64,000 nt of DNA from Tubiluchus corallicola (lineage: Eukaryota > Animalia > Priapulida), in assembly GCA_030141605.1 (NCBI GenBank), contig JAQGDQ010000614.1, forward strand, positions 62,001 to 126,000, in the 5' to 3' direction. The notes under the pieces are model-generated. The model had not been told where the DNA came from. It worked only from the letters and a program-made list of their open reading frames with translations, and made no database searches. Position numbers and translations under genes: made by a program. Shown in pieces: positions 24,813-37,929 of this stretch. The first letter of the stretch is position 1. The number at the start of each line of letters is the position of its first letter.

Positions 24813-26333
24813 CTAGAATAAATATAGACGCACTTCATCAACATTAACCTAAAGAAGGCATTATATGCCTGCAGGGCATGAAATATTCGCATATTCGCAT
24901 TTGATTAAAATGAAATCAAACAGCGAAGTTTTAATTGCGACTAAACTTCCTGAATTGAATCAGATTAACACCTGTACCCGCGTGGGTGGGTTCAGTTTAA
25001 TGACTGACAAACCCTATGGTATTCTACCGTAATGTAAACTTTATCAGAGTATATAACGATCTAAATAATGTGTAAGTACTACTTTAGCCATGGCTTACAA
25101 TGTTGCGTTCTCGATTACTATTCCTTCTATTTTATTACAATTATTTCGATTCCCAAGTCTTCATTGTTTTCAAGTGCAAACTTTTGTTGAAAACTATAAT
25201 TGCAATGCTAAAACTTGTCGTGTATTGGAACTTTGAAAGTGGGACAAATTTTATAATATAACATAATATATTATATATCTGTAATATTTAACTATTATGA
25301 ATACCATTTATTAATATTATTATTACTATTATTGTGTTGTATGACGATTATACCCATGTGCGGGGTTCTGTCTGTGTAATTCTTTATATTGCAATGTATT
25401 GCATTGTACTTGTAATGTATATAATGAGCTGTAAAACTGTGGTGTCCTGAACCATTCATAAATTGCTTATTATGAAACTTAACTCTGCTACTTTGCGACT
25501 AACAAATTCTTTTGTGTCCAAGAATGTTTACAAAATAATGGGTTTTAGAAGTAAACGGTGCATTTCCATTTCTACAATGTGCGATGTGAATACGTTTGTG
25601 AATGGGACACTGTGATCATGGTTTGGTTCCCTTCGTCTTGGCCCAGATGTTTTGTGGTGAGGAGACACTCCAAAACATTTATTTCAGGAAGAGGTAAAAT
25701 GGATTCAAAATTCGAGCTATCCTCTGTTCCAAAAATAAAATAGCATATTTCTACACGAATTTTAAAATTAGCCAATAATATACCCTATGAGGAAAACTCT
25801 CAAAAAGCGTTAATGCAGCTTTTTACTCGTTAATATAAATTTAACGATTGAAGGCCAAACCATGTCTTACAACTTGACCCTTATAAATGTTTCTAATCTA
25901 TCATTTTCTGGTACATGATTGGAATTATTTTCATGCTAACTTTAGTTTAAAAGTCATTTTATGAAAATTAATCACAACTGAAGCGCTGAAGGTTGAAAAA
26001 GGTTAAATGTGTCGTTACAGTATAGGTCAATAGAATAATAAAATTGTTGTTATTGAGGTGAGCCCTCTAAGGTGACCTAGAGTTAATATCATCACAGAGG
26101 TCCACCCCAGAAGAAAGACCACATTTTACTATTTATCTAGTTTTTAGCATTTGTGCGAATCTAAGCCAAAGGTGACGTTTTTACTATATTATTTGCACTG
26201 TTATTTGTACACCATTTTAGACTGAATGTGGACCCAATTACATACTCACTCAAAACTCGTTTTGTGTAAATCACAGAATTACTCAATAATAAATAGATAG
26301 TGTTAGATACATTATTTTGTGAAATCATCTTAC

Positions 26334-26487
26334 TATAGCTATTGTTCCCGTTTGTCAGCTGGTAGTTATCCGATGCTGGACTTTTGATACCAAGGGTTTC
26401 CCAGTTGTTGGTTACCATGGGAACCAGTCCTGGGTTGAGCTTCATGAAGTAGATGAGTAAATCTGTTAGGGATGGTTGACTCGGATG
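26334..26487 (-). CDS. SH2 domain exon 3: HPSQPSLTDLLIYFMKLNPGLVP...NNSY
   Basis: ttttcag| acceptor, A|gtaaga donor; alphaB helix SLxDLLxYF. Confidence 0.88.
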
Positions 26488-27499
26488 CTGAAAATTAATC
26501 AAGTTTTATTAGCTTTTAACTCTGTTAAGATGCTCCCATTTGTGACATTATAATTTAGAAATTTTAAGACGATACTGTCGCCAGTTTCAAAATTTGTTTA
26601 TCGCAGCTAATAAAAACGTGATGAATAAAAAATCCCACAATTAAAAAACAAGAAAGAAGAAAGAACTTAAGAAATTGTAGAATTCTTATTCATTATCACT
26701 ATTCTTGTCATTTAGAATTAATCTGTGTTAACAAAAGTGTAGTATAACCATAAGTTAATTCAGGTTCTTAAAACGATTAGTTAACAAGAAATGATTGTAT
26801 GACTATTCAAATTGTATGCAAACACACAAGGGTATTTTGTTCAGAGCGTAGTTTATGTAAGAGTAACAGTTGAATCGCTTGAATGTTATTAAGTAAATTT
26901 TCTCATCTTTAGGTAAATTTAATTTTTTCAGAAACACGCAATTGCAGTTTATATTCCTTGCTGTTTTTCTAACCTTGTCAATTATAGATAGATATAATTA
27001 TAAGTAATCTACCTACAACATTTCTTGAAATATAAAGCTGGGTTTTCACTAATATGATTTAACTCTTTCAAAAATGTTAGCACTGTATCGGTACATAGCA
27101 CAACTTTTCAACTGACAGCGCACATGTTCGCAAAAATAAGGCGTTGCTCTGGTCGGGACACTGATTAAGAATGATGAAAGGCAATTTATTAGTTTATAAT
27201 TTAAAAATGTTCATTTATTTATTCAAAGGATTAATGTATGATTTGATGAGGTTCTCTCAATTCTCTTAATGGACAGATTGTCTGTGTAGTTGCCCGTAGT
27301 TCTGCTCATTTAGGCGCATTTCCTAGAACCAGACTGTCCATCTGATACATGTATGGCTTGGTTAAAACGTCAAGAAGAAATGATATTTTGTCTTTCAGTG
27401 TTTAAAATGGTGCAGTTATCACTTCTAATTGCTATCTAGAATTGGAGTTCTACTGATTTCCTTTAGCAATGCATAGTAGCTATTTGACATATTGTTTAC

Positions 27500-27587
27500 C
27501 TTTCCCGGGCCAACTTTTAACCTGAATTCCACGTCGCCTCCACTTCTCCGTTCCACCTCAACTTCATAGTGACAGATTTCTATGGAG
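27500..27587 (-). CDS. SH2 domain exon 2: NSIEICHYEVEVERRSGGDVEFRLKVGPGK
   Basis: ttgcag| acceptor, AAG|gtaaac donor; betaD HY motif. Confidence 0.88.
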
Positions 27588-28108
27588 CTGCAAAACGATT
27601 TTAGGTGTTAGCAGCTTATAGTTACGTTTTTTTCTGTCAAATACTCTATTATAATTTTATACAAAACAGAAATTATTCTAGCTATATTATAGTTTTAGAT
27701 CTCAGGACCTGTGCAAATATAATAATTAATTATGTGTGTAATACGTTTTATCATAGTGACCTAATTATATAGTAAGAAATATATGAAAAGGCTATAAGCA
27801 TATCAGCTTTTGTTGTATTGCCTGTATTACTATAAGAATTATGTACGTACGTGTACAATCAGTAATACTAGACACCCAATTTTAATGCAGTATACGTGAT
27901 AATACATTAGCCGTTAAAGTCTATTTCGCATTTAGGACTTTTCACTTTTTATTACACCTACTTACCTACTTTAAAATGTTTATTTATGTGAGTTATTGAA
28001 ACTTATAATTTAGCGTTATATACGTAATTTCAGACCATTTATACAAAAAAAGATTGGTAATTAATTAAGGTGGCTCTGAGCATCCAGTAGCACGTTCGGA
28101 AAACCTAC

Positions 28109-28246
28109 TTTCCGTGGTCATATCTAGCCGAAATGACATAATTTCCAGTAAATGTGGCACTTTGTCGAACAAGAATATTCCCATATCTTTTTCCCCTAGT
28201 GAGGATGACTTCTGCACTGTTACGCGATGTGTTCTCAAAAAACCAC
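28109..28246 (-). CDS. SH2 domain exon 1: WFFENTSRNSAEVILTRGKRYGNILVRQSATFTGNYVISARYDHG
   Basis: ttgcag| acceptor, AA|gtaggt donor; SH2 betaA-alphaA-betaB with the pTyr-binding Arg (ILVRQS). Confidence 0.9.
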
Positions 28247-28853
28247 CTGCAAAACAATCATCATTGTGTCATCAACTTCACGAAAACATAAAATTTATAA
28301 TGATTACAGCCGCGGGCTGCTTAAACCATTTATATCGTGAGAAACAGTCAAAACACTCAGCTATGAGGAAATGTCATTCCGTGACAAGAGAGGCGTAAGT
28401 TTTCAGCAGGAGGGTGGTTTCTTATAACTTTTTGTAGTATTTTTACATAAACATTTTAAAAAAAATTCTTGTTACCTCTTAATGGAAAAGAATAGTCGTG
28501 TCTTAGCATGCTACGATGGAGTTGTGTTTATCAAATTTGCACAAATTTTGTCAATATTTAATAACCTTAATGGCGCTTCCATCAGATTTCTGTCAGACAG
28601 AAACAGGTTCAAGTATCTATGAAATTAATAGTTTCTTAAGTAATAATAATTATTGAAGATTATTATCTAATTTAAGCAATAAACACCTACACTCGTTTTA
28701 ATTCAAATATAGGCTTTTATTACAAAGTTTCATCGACCCACATTTAAACACTTTTGTCAATATTTTCGTTCAGGGTTAACGGTAAGATCAAAAAGACATA
28801 ATTAGATTTCACTACGTGAATGAAAATCTGGTATTATTGAAATTCATACTTAC

Positions 28854-28924
28854 GACGGTGTTTCGGACTGATACTGATAAGCAGGGTCCTCTGTACAACT
28901 GTGGTCTACATAAAACTTGTGTTT
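28854..28924 (-). CDS. SH2 adaptor exon: KHKFYVDHSCTEDPAYQYQSETPS
   Basis: ccttccag| acceptor, TC|gtaagt donor; joins to give TPSWFF at the SH2 start. Confidence 0.8.
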
Positions 28925-30052
28925 CTGGAAGGCAAAAATGACAGTCATTATGATGAGTTAATTACTATTGTGTCAGTTAGATAACTGGGTTTGTAGAATA
29001 GCTGACAGAGTGTGATTAATTAGAAAATAAACGGCGCCTTATAATGGTAAAACTGTTTTACTAATGACTACAATGGCATAAAATACCCGCTGGCAGCTAG
29101 TAAAATAATTATCATAGTAATCGATGACGCAGGTTCACGTTCAAGTTTTGTTGCAGATGAGATAGGCGTATTGGTTTTATAGCACAGTTTGCTGCGTCGG
29201 TGTATCAGCAAGTTTGGCTAGCACTCTTTTCATCAAATTTGCCAATATGTGCATGCGTCGGATGCTCAGAACCATGGCGACCATAACGTTTTGAATCATC
29301 TCGCCTCGTGAACTTGAAGCGCTTGAAAGCGTCTAGGAACCATTACCCCTCTATCAATTAGTTTAGTAAATTTAAGAAGCCTTTCAGTGGAAGTTTTGTA
29401 AGTGCTAATCCCTCTCACGAAATACAAAAAAGTAGTTCTTTAAATAGCTTGTGGGGCTTTGTTCGATGCAAGTAAAGCAATACTAAAAAATTAGGTAAAA
29501 ACTCATGCGGTAGATCCCGGTGCAGCGAAGGATTCATGTTGTCGCAAAAACCAGTAAAGTTTGTCGTGAAAATGTCACAAAATTTACATTTTGTAATTGT
29601 GGTGGACCAGACCAGGTCCACACTTAGCTAAATTGTGTTTTGGTGAATTGCATGCAACCACATTTGCACATTATTTTATGTAACCCGTTTTTCGATAAAA
29701 AACGTTTTAGTTCATTGAAGATGCTTAACACATTTTGTTATAAACTACTTTCGCCTCATAGTTAACCACAATTACCAGTGTTATGAAGATTAATTTGAAA
29801 TTGTATTCGCTTTTTGATATAAGCAAGTGAGAAATAAGCTGGAAAATATGGCAGTTAAAAATGTTGGACTTATAATTTTGTGAAAAAATCTACGTTTTGC
29901 TTGTTTAAATGAGCTGAGTTGACATTTTATCAGTCTAAAATGAACGATAGCTGTAAATGCTGTAATACTACTCTAGAGGACATGTATTGCGATGAAACTG
30001 AGTGGAAGAAAGATCAACTTTGAGTTATCTACGCAGCATAAGCATAGTATAC

Positions 30053-30133
30053 TTGTCGTCCTGCTGTGGGCGGACTGCTAGTACTGTCTAGTACTGTCAA
30101 ACCTTGGAACGTGGTGCTCTGGGAACGGTATTC
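30053..30133 (-). CDS. SH2 adaptor exon: EYRSQSTTFQGLTVLDSTSSPPTAGRQ
   Basis: ttgaag| acceptor, CAA|gtatac donor, 81 bp, phase 0-0. Confidence 0.55.
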
Positions 30134-33100
30134 CTTCAATGGAGATTGTGTATATCACAGTAGTTTTTCAATGGATTGATGTAGTGAGCACTCACGTCAC
30201 AGATAAGCAAATGTGGTCACAGGAATCGGCTAAATCTTATGCGCAGACTCACGAACGGTGAAAATTGCTGTTAGTTTTTGTGTTAATCCTGTTTTGTACT
30301 CAAGAACTTGTACTGAAATGGCCATCTCTAGTTATTATAAATGCATTTTTTCTTTTTTTAATCACCTACTCGGATTGCCAGTCTTTAGAATAAAAGCATT
30401 GAAATGCTAATCGATTTGTCCAGTAAACATTATATTCAGAAACGGGTACACATAAACCTCTAGGAAAACTCCGTACTCATAGGCCTTAGTTTCAGTCTCG
30501 TAACGCTACCAAAGTTAAGTGCACTTCTTACTCGCATTACACTATGTACCAGTTACCACTACCCACAAGGATTGGCATAATTACAGTAACCAAGAAAGAA
30601 TGGCAATAGTATCTGAGCGGTTAAAATTTATAATAGCCATATCCAAATTTTGGTAATGAATTATGGATACAAATTGTTGTAGTATTATTCTTGATGAAAG
30701 TACACCTGTTTACCTCTACGGGTCCCATAATTACTATATACAAAAAGCAAACTCCTTATTTTTCAGAGTCATCGCTTAAATGAGCCCATCTTTGGTCTTT
30801 AAACTAGACTCAATTTTGATCAAATAAACGAGCTAGGCAAGCACTTATGAAACTACTTTAATCATAACTTTTAGCCGAAAAAGGTAATCCACTTTTAGCT
30901 TCTTTTATGCTTTCAAGGATTACAAATTTTATCACAAACAAGACTAATAATAGCTGAATACTGAAAAGCCTGCGCTTCAGTTGTTAATGCTTATTTCTTA
31001 CAACGTGGTGAGTCCAAAAAGATATGATTTCAGTAATGCAATTCTTCAGTTTATTGTCAATTAATGGTGTGAAATATTCAGGAGTAATATTAATACAAGT
31101 AATACAATATGCACAAAGTATGTGTTAGTTATAAGAGTACGGCAGTCGTAATCTACAAAAATTAATATACTTTCGAAGCAAAAGTGCTTTTAATTTAATA
31201 AAACAGCCACTAAATATTTTTTCTTTGACGTTATTGATGGCTTTTACACATGTTCTTTTTTGCAATGTATAGTATATGTTACAGAGTATATACGTTATCT
31301 TTCAGAACGTTTTGACAATCAGGGATACAAAATGTAACATTTTTCTGTTTTCACAGCGCAATGAATCCATGTTTATTATAGAACGAACGGGGCTAACTCA
31401 ACTTCCGCTTTTCTTTGGTAAACAGCGCCTGGTCGGTGGTCACTACAAATCAGCTTTTTAAAAAATAGCTACGTTGCCAGAGGGGTCGGAAGCTGGAAAG
31501 TAGGTCTATGTAACAACAAATGTGGTACACGGAGCAGGCTATTCAACCTATACGCAATGAACTATTAGAGGTTTAAGAAATATAACTTAGGCGGTTTACT
31601 TTGAGCAACAAGATTAGCGCCGTTGAAACTTGGACGTTTAAGTAATGATTTGACAATTTGCTGTATTCCATCAAGTTAATCAATTTCATACAGATTGATT
31701 TTTCCACTATGCCTCTGCATAACTAGGCTGGTGCAAGGACAACTTGAAAGTACGTAAAACCAAATGTTGGAAATGAGGCGGAGTTTAACTTTTACTTCTG
31801 TTTTATATTTAATTCTGGAACAATTAAAAGCGAATGGAAAAAACTACCTGAAAGATGCGGAATTTACGGTTGCCACTATGAATTACTAGTTACGTATGCT
31901 TCGGCAGTTTTAAAAGCATTTTATAAGCTCTGTCCAATGTTTACAAATGGAAAAATTTCAACATTAATACGAACTTTTATTGGAATGACAATTTCCTTTC
32001 ATCGTTAAAGTTGAGCCTATAGGCATCAATAAACAGTCCTAAGCATACTTCACATATATATTGTAATTTTAAAATGGGAGCCACTTCTTCAAGAGAAGAA
32101 TGAAGAGAAGCATTATTTACCATGAATTTTATTTTATTTTCATTATTAATTAAACCAAATTCACCTCAAAATTCTAAGAACAGTTGTAACCACGCAAAAC
32201 AAAGCTTTCTTAATCACAAAAGCGAAAATTGATTTACAACCGACGTACGTGTGTTAAATGTCTAACAAGCCATCATGATCGAGCCTAAAAGTTGATACTT
32301 GTATCGTAAAATCTATGCATGCTTCTTGCTTAACAACTACTAGAAGTTTTAATTGACACATTTTCAAAAGCAAACCGAGTGCAGTTATACATCCCACGTA
32401 GTACAATTCCGCATTTTGTCACATAAACCTAATGTTCTTAAGTCAATGAAAGCAAATTATATAACCTATTACCGGTGAGGTATAAAAATGTCGGTGAGGA
32501 CATTTGCGAAATGCGAAGTCTTTTGCAACTTCTTTCGTCTCTTATTGGGTCATAAGTTGAATTTTAATGAATCCATAATTCATGAAAAGACATTATAATT
32601 TGTACTCTCCTTGTAATAACCAAAGCTATGGTAGTTGTCTCTTTCTATATTGAAAGTTGTAATACATTTAAAATGTAACTAGGCTGATGCAACACCATTT
32701 ATGCGATCTTAGGCGCAAAAAATCATACTAAAAGATTCAAACAGAACTTAATAATAGCAGTATGATATTACAAAAAAACACGAGAGTAAAACTACTTAAT
32801 AATAAAGCGACTAACGTGCCCGTTACATTTGCAAACTGTTTAACCGGTTTACGCCTATATCAGAGTACGACCTTTTGTACAGACGGGGTTCATGAAAGAA
32901 GGCTTAATGTACTGTAGTCTTTATAAAATTAATAATGATTAAAATCAATTCAAATGAATTTGCGGAGTTAGCTATACCGCGAACGCCTTGTCAAGTATTT
33001 TATGATTGCTAAGATAAATGTGAACGCAGCTTTAGTTGCAATCTTTGAGCAACTGCGTACTATACAGCGTTTATTATACGCAAACCAATTTTTGGGTCAA

Positions 33101-33155
33101 AGATTGAATGGTACGATGCGATTTGGCCCAAGTCTCGAAAAAAGCTAGCTCTTAC

Positions 33156-33259
33156 GATCTGACTGAACTCATTAATTACACTTTGAACAAGCTTTTGTAC
33201 GTCCGTTTTAAAGAACAAACAAGGGGTAGGCCTATTTAGAAGTTTCGGTTCCCACGTTC
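33156..33259 (-). CDS. Candidate upstream exon of the SH2 adaptor: GTWEPKLLNRPTPCLFFKTDVQKLVQSVINEFSQI
   Basis: ATC|gtaaga phase-0 donor fits the 30133 exon; the acceptor is ambiguous (33259 or ~33230). Confidence 0.35.
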
Positions 33260-35582
33260 CTAATACACTCATGTTGTAGTTAGTTTTGTTAATATTTTAG
33301 TTTTACTTTGTTAGCATGGTGAATAATACTGATGACGCCTAATACTCGTTATAACTTATAGTTTTCCAAAGAGCAATATAAAATATAGAAATTTCTTATT
33401 TATTCTGTTAGTTTTTAAATATATGCAAGAAACGCAGCCATAGCACCATACGGCTAGCGTCACTGTAAAAACCTAATTCCATTGTGTAAAACTCTTCAAG
33501 TATTAATATAATACAGGCTAAATATTATTGAACAATGCAATACAAAAACACTAATGCGTGTGGCCGAATTAATAACATTACTTGGACTATTATGATAATT
33601 GCTGATCACCTTTGTTGCTATTGATTATGATAATCTTACAAAAAGCAGGAAACCTGTACAGGTAAATTAAAATCATGCAGCATAATTTTGTCTAAATGAG
33701 AATTATAAAATAATACACGTAAAAGTAATTAGACACACGTGATGTGGAAGGGTTGGTAAGTAGTGCAGAGGATGATACAATGAACTGTACACATGCTGTG
33801 GTCACGCTCTAAATTTTAGCGCTTATTTCAAGGTTTGTAGTATTACGGTGAATTAGCTCAGCCCAATTACGCCCAAAATACACGGGTTTTATAGTGTAAT
33901 AACACACCACGGTTTTATAATTTCCAACCAATGATTACCAGTCGCATAGCAATGGTTACGAAATGAAATGAAATCAAGTCATTAATTCGGCAACTTCATA
34001 TTGACTGCTTAGTTATAGACCCTTCGGTTAAGACTTTCGCTCTTGAATTTATTACAAAGAACAGGTGGGTGGTGATTTGGGTCATCTGGTCAAGAAGCGG
34101 CTGTAGCAATCATTCTTAGCATCTCAGGTCCAGGTTAAGAAGTTAAGTGGTTTGTTTGATCTATAACGAGGAGGATATGATGTGACTACAAATAATAGTA
34201 GATTTTCCATTTCTTATTGTTGTATCAGATAAGCACAAACGATAGTGGGGTGATTTGTACCTTTGGGTTTTTATCGCATTTCTAGTTGATGAAGTGTTAT
34301 ATGCTTCAGGCTGAGAAATACTTTTTAATTTATACTTTCTTTGTTTTAGAGTACATTTTAAGACTATTACAAGCATCGATGCACCCTGTCCTTTTTAAGG
34401 TTATTAGATTCTATTAAAGATACCACCATTGAATGACTACAAGTCTCAAACCGGGAAAAAAAATAACAGCAAGACAACCGGCAAAACAATTTCTCAAAGT
34501 TGAAAAGTTGGTAGGCAAATGTTCCAAAACAGTTTATCAAATAATCATTGTGCAGTAAATCATAACAACGAAGCGACTACATTAATGAAATCCCCAACAC
34601 CTGCAACAACGATGGTACCAATGTCGGCTCATTAGTTCCCCCAGTACACCCCGGTTTTCCACATCGAAAATACCCTCAACAATTAGACTTGCAGTATCTG
34701 CTTTAATAAAATATCTCGTCATGTCGCAGCACATTTGCAAACTTGTACGTTTTGTATTGAGTTTGGTAGCCGCCGCCTCCCGTATGGACAACAGACGCGT
34801 TAACCATTATACTATATCTGCTGGTCGGCCATCGAATTAATTGTGTCGACCAGCAGAAATGATCTGTATTTCTCCAAGTAGCGTTACGAAATTAAAAGTT
34901 TCGTTAAATGTTTATTTCCGTGGTCTGCATTTAAACAAATACGTTACGTACTTCACTCGATAATCCAAACATCTGGAAATTCGATGTCGTATGATATTAT
35001 ACAACCAAGCTCTATCATCTTGTGACTACCAATCATTGTTTGCAAATGTAATTTTAGTACGAATTTTCACGTTTCTCAGAGATGACCACTGAGGGTTCAT
35101 TCGTTGGGACGGAGCTTGTGGAGTATCTGTTAGGCTGGATGGGGTAAGACAGAAATCCCATAAAATGCTCTGGAATTCCCACGAATAGTAGTAAATCACA
35201 AAAATATATATTGCTGAACACTAAAAGCATTTTTATACATATCCCCCAGACAATAAGTTACTCAAGCTGCTCGACGTTAAAATTTCAACACTTGCAAAGT
35301 AAACATGTCAACTCATTAGAGACACTGTCAGATATTGGAGATGTTACTACGATTTTACTGTGCACAGCAAACAAAAATCACGGATTAATTCTGTCTTGAC
35401 TTGAATGGTTGGGGTTATAGTTACAGTTGAAACTTTTATGCAGTATAATACAAATTCTGTGCACGCGATGGCCAACGGCAAAGTGGATTATGTTTATGAC
35501 TATATGTTAAAAGTTTATACGTACGGGTTAAAAAGTACCAATCAGTTGTTAATAAAAGCAGTTAGGATACCTACAAGACTTA

Positions 35583-35716
35583 TACATATACATACATGCA
35601 TACAAACATACATACATACATACATACATACATACATACATACATACATACATACATACATACATACATACATACATACATACATACATACATACATACA
35701 TACATACATACATACA

Positions 35717-35746
<30 letters not shown>
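35583..35746 (+). repeat. (CATA)n microsatellite
   Basis: Read directly from the sequence. Confidence 0.97.
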
Positions 35747-35751
<5 letters not shown>

Positions 35752-37737
35752 GAAATACAACTCGTACTGAAAACTCACTATAACTGTATATCGAAGTACG
35801 GAGGTTAACATCTTATAATTAATGTCATATTATAATATCAATGAACTATACATCTTGAGTATAAGGCGACGTTAATCATAATAATTATGGTGTCACAGGT
35901 GTGTTGACATGCATATAGATTTACCTATAATCTGTGATGACCTATTGTCACATATAGCGCAATAATATGAGCAATAGAACTATAAAATTCACTACGTGTG
36001 TTATATGGATCAGCCCGATGTTTGCTAGGGCCAGCGGTCAGTGCATATTAATTTGGGTTATTTTACAAATGAAGGGAGGACACTGACACTGGTTTTTACA
36101 GTCCTTTACAGAGGGCAGTCCATTACATGGGGCAGTGACATTATAGACCTAGGAAAATGTTGAAAGTGGAATTATATGCAGGGAATAGTACTTATACTAG
36201 ACCAAGCCCAACTAAACAAGGTGAATTGAAGGTTTGGTTGTTATAAACATAGTTACTTAAATTATAAACCACTATAATAAATAATGAAGCAAAGTCCAGA
36301 AGAAAGCAACGAGTTCGAATCATGTTACATAACTTCTTCTTGATATATGGGTTAGTAATACATTTATTCGTTTTTGAAAACGTAGTCGAATGGATGGAAA
36401 CAAGAGAATAAAGGTTAAAGATGGAAAAGGTGACAGATTTAATACCAAATTAATGAAGTTAGGAGAAATCGACCAATAATCACTTAATATCACTGTACTA
36501 ACTTTTGCAGCGTTATTGCGACGACAGTATGCTATAACGGAAGACTTAAAGTAGAATTGTGTGGAATCATTTATCATTTTTGGAAATAAAATTGCACACG
36601 TCTTGCATGTTTGGTGGCATTTATAAATTATCGTCATACACGAAACTTTCTTAACAACTTCCGAGGCGTAAAAGTACAAACCAGGTTTTGTTTTCTTGGT
36701 CTAATTAAGCGAACGTAATCTTGCTTTGATTGTGAAAGTTTGCTTGCTTTGTTTGCTCACTTTCGTAACTCGAATCACATGCAATTTGGAACAATAATTA
36801 CAAAGAAAACATACCAGTCTTGAATTTAATTAACCCTCATTGTTTTGTTCTATTTTGATTGTCATAAATGCTAGCTAAATGGTAAAGTGAAAACTATTAT
36901 TAGAAGGTCTAAGTTTGATTTTCATAAAGGCTGTGGATGTTGCCAAGAAAGGCAGATGCGGTGCATGTCTTTTGATGTAACTAAACCCTCTCATTTTTAT
37001 CATTTATTTAAAATCTGTTAGTGACATTTATCAGAAAAAAACATGTTTCTGAAAGTCTACAAAGATTTAGGCCTAACCAATTATGTTTAACCAATCATAA
37101 TCTTTTTGATAAAGAAATAGCAAACTAAGAAACCATATTTAGAACACAAATTTCAGAATTGTTCACCTTACTTATTATATAGGATGTTTAGTTTTACCCA
37201 CTGCAACTTATAGTCAAAGCGCTGTAAATATTGCAAAAGGGGAAAGAAGCGGCAGTTCCTTGGCTGTCCCTCCCTTCTCCCAACAACAAATGCATAGGCC
37301 TGTATTCCTAAATTATATTGTTCAGTTAACTTACTAACTTTGTCTGATAACTTGTTACATACTTTTCGTGTACTATACGAGATGTTGTCTTGCATGCATA
37401 TTTTGTTAAAGAATAAATTTATTGTATTGAATTGAATTCCCAACTATTAAATCCGATTGGTTTGATGGCATTTCCCACAGAATGACATTGTTGACTCAGC
37501 AACAGCAACAACAAAAAAACAGTAATGCCAGCAATACCACAAATACGGCTAGTGCGTCGTTGAAATCAAGCCAAGTGACATCCAGTTTCTCTACCATAGT
37601 GACTATAATTGTTCACAAGAGCAGTTAATGGTAATTCGAGCGAAAGGAATTAAAAATGTCATATAACATTAGACCTGTTACGACTAATTACGCCTGATAA
37701 AACCTTAATTATTAAACACAATGTTCATAATATCTAC

Positions 37738-37929
37738 CGTGCGTTTCGCCTTCCTGTCTACTGGAGTCGCATAATGATTCGACGAAGCGACGTATTCAGA
37801 CGGTGAACTCTGTTCTGGCACCATCCCGTTAGTTTGGTAGTTCATATTATAAGCCACATTAGCACTAGTGCACGTCGACCAAATACTCAACCGATCTATG
37901 GCTGATTTTTCTCGACTTACTGTGCCCAT
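37738..37929 (-). CDS. Candidate first or upstream coding exon of the SH2 adaptor: MGTVSREKSAIDRLSIW...EYVASSNHYATPVDRKAKRT
   Basis: GC-richer ATG-initiated open frame with Tyr motifs like those in the tail, and an ACG|gtagat donor; the link to downstream exons is not established. Confidence 0.35.

Noticed and set aside
35405-35811. HTYI/MYVC repeat ORFs
   Set aside because: Translation of (CATA)n
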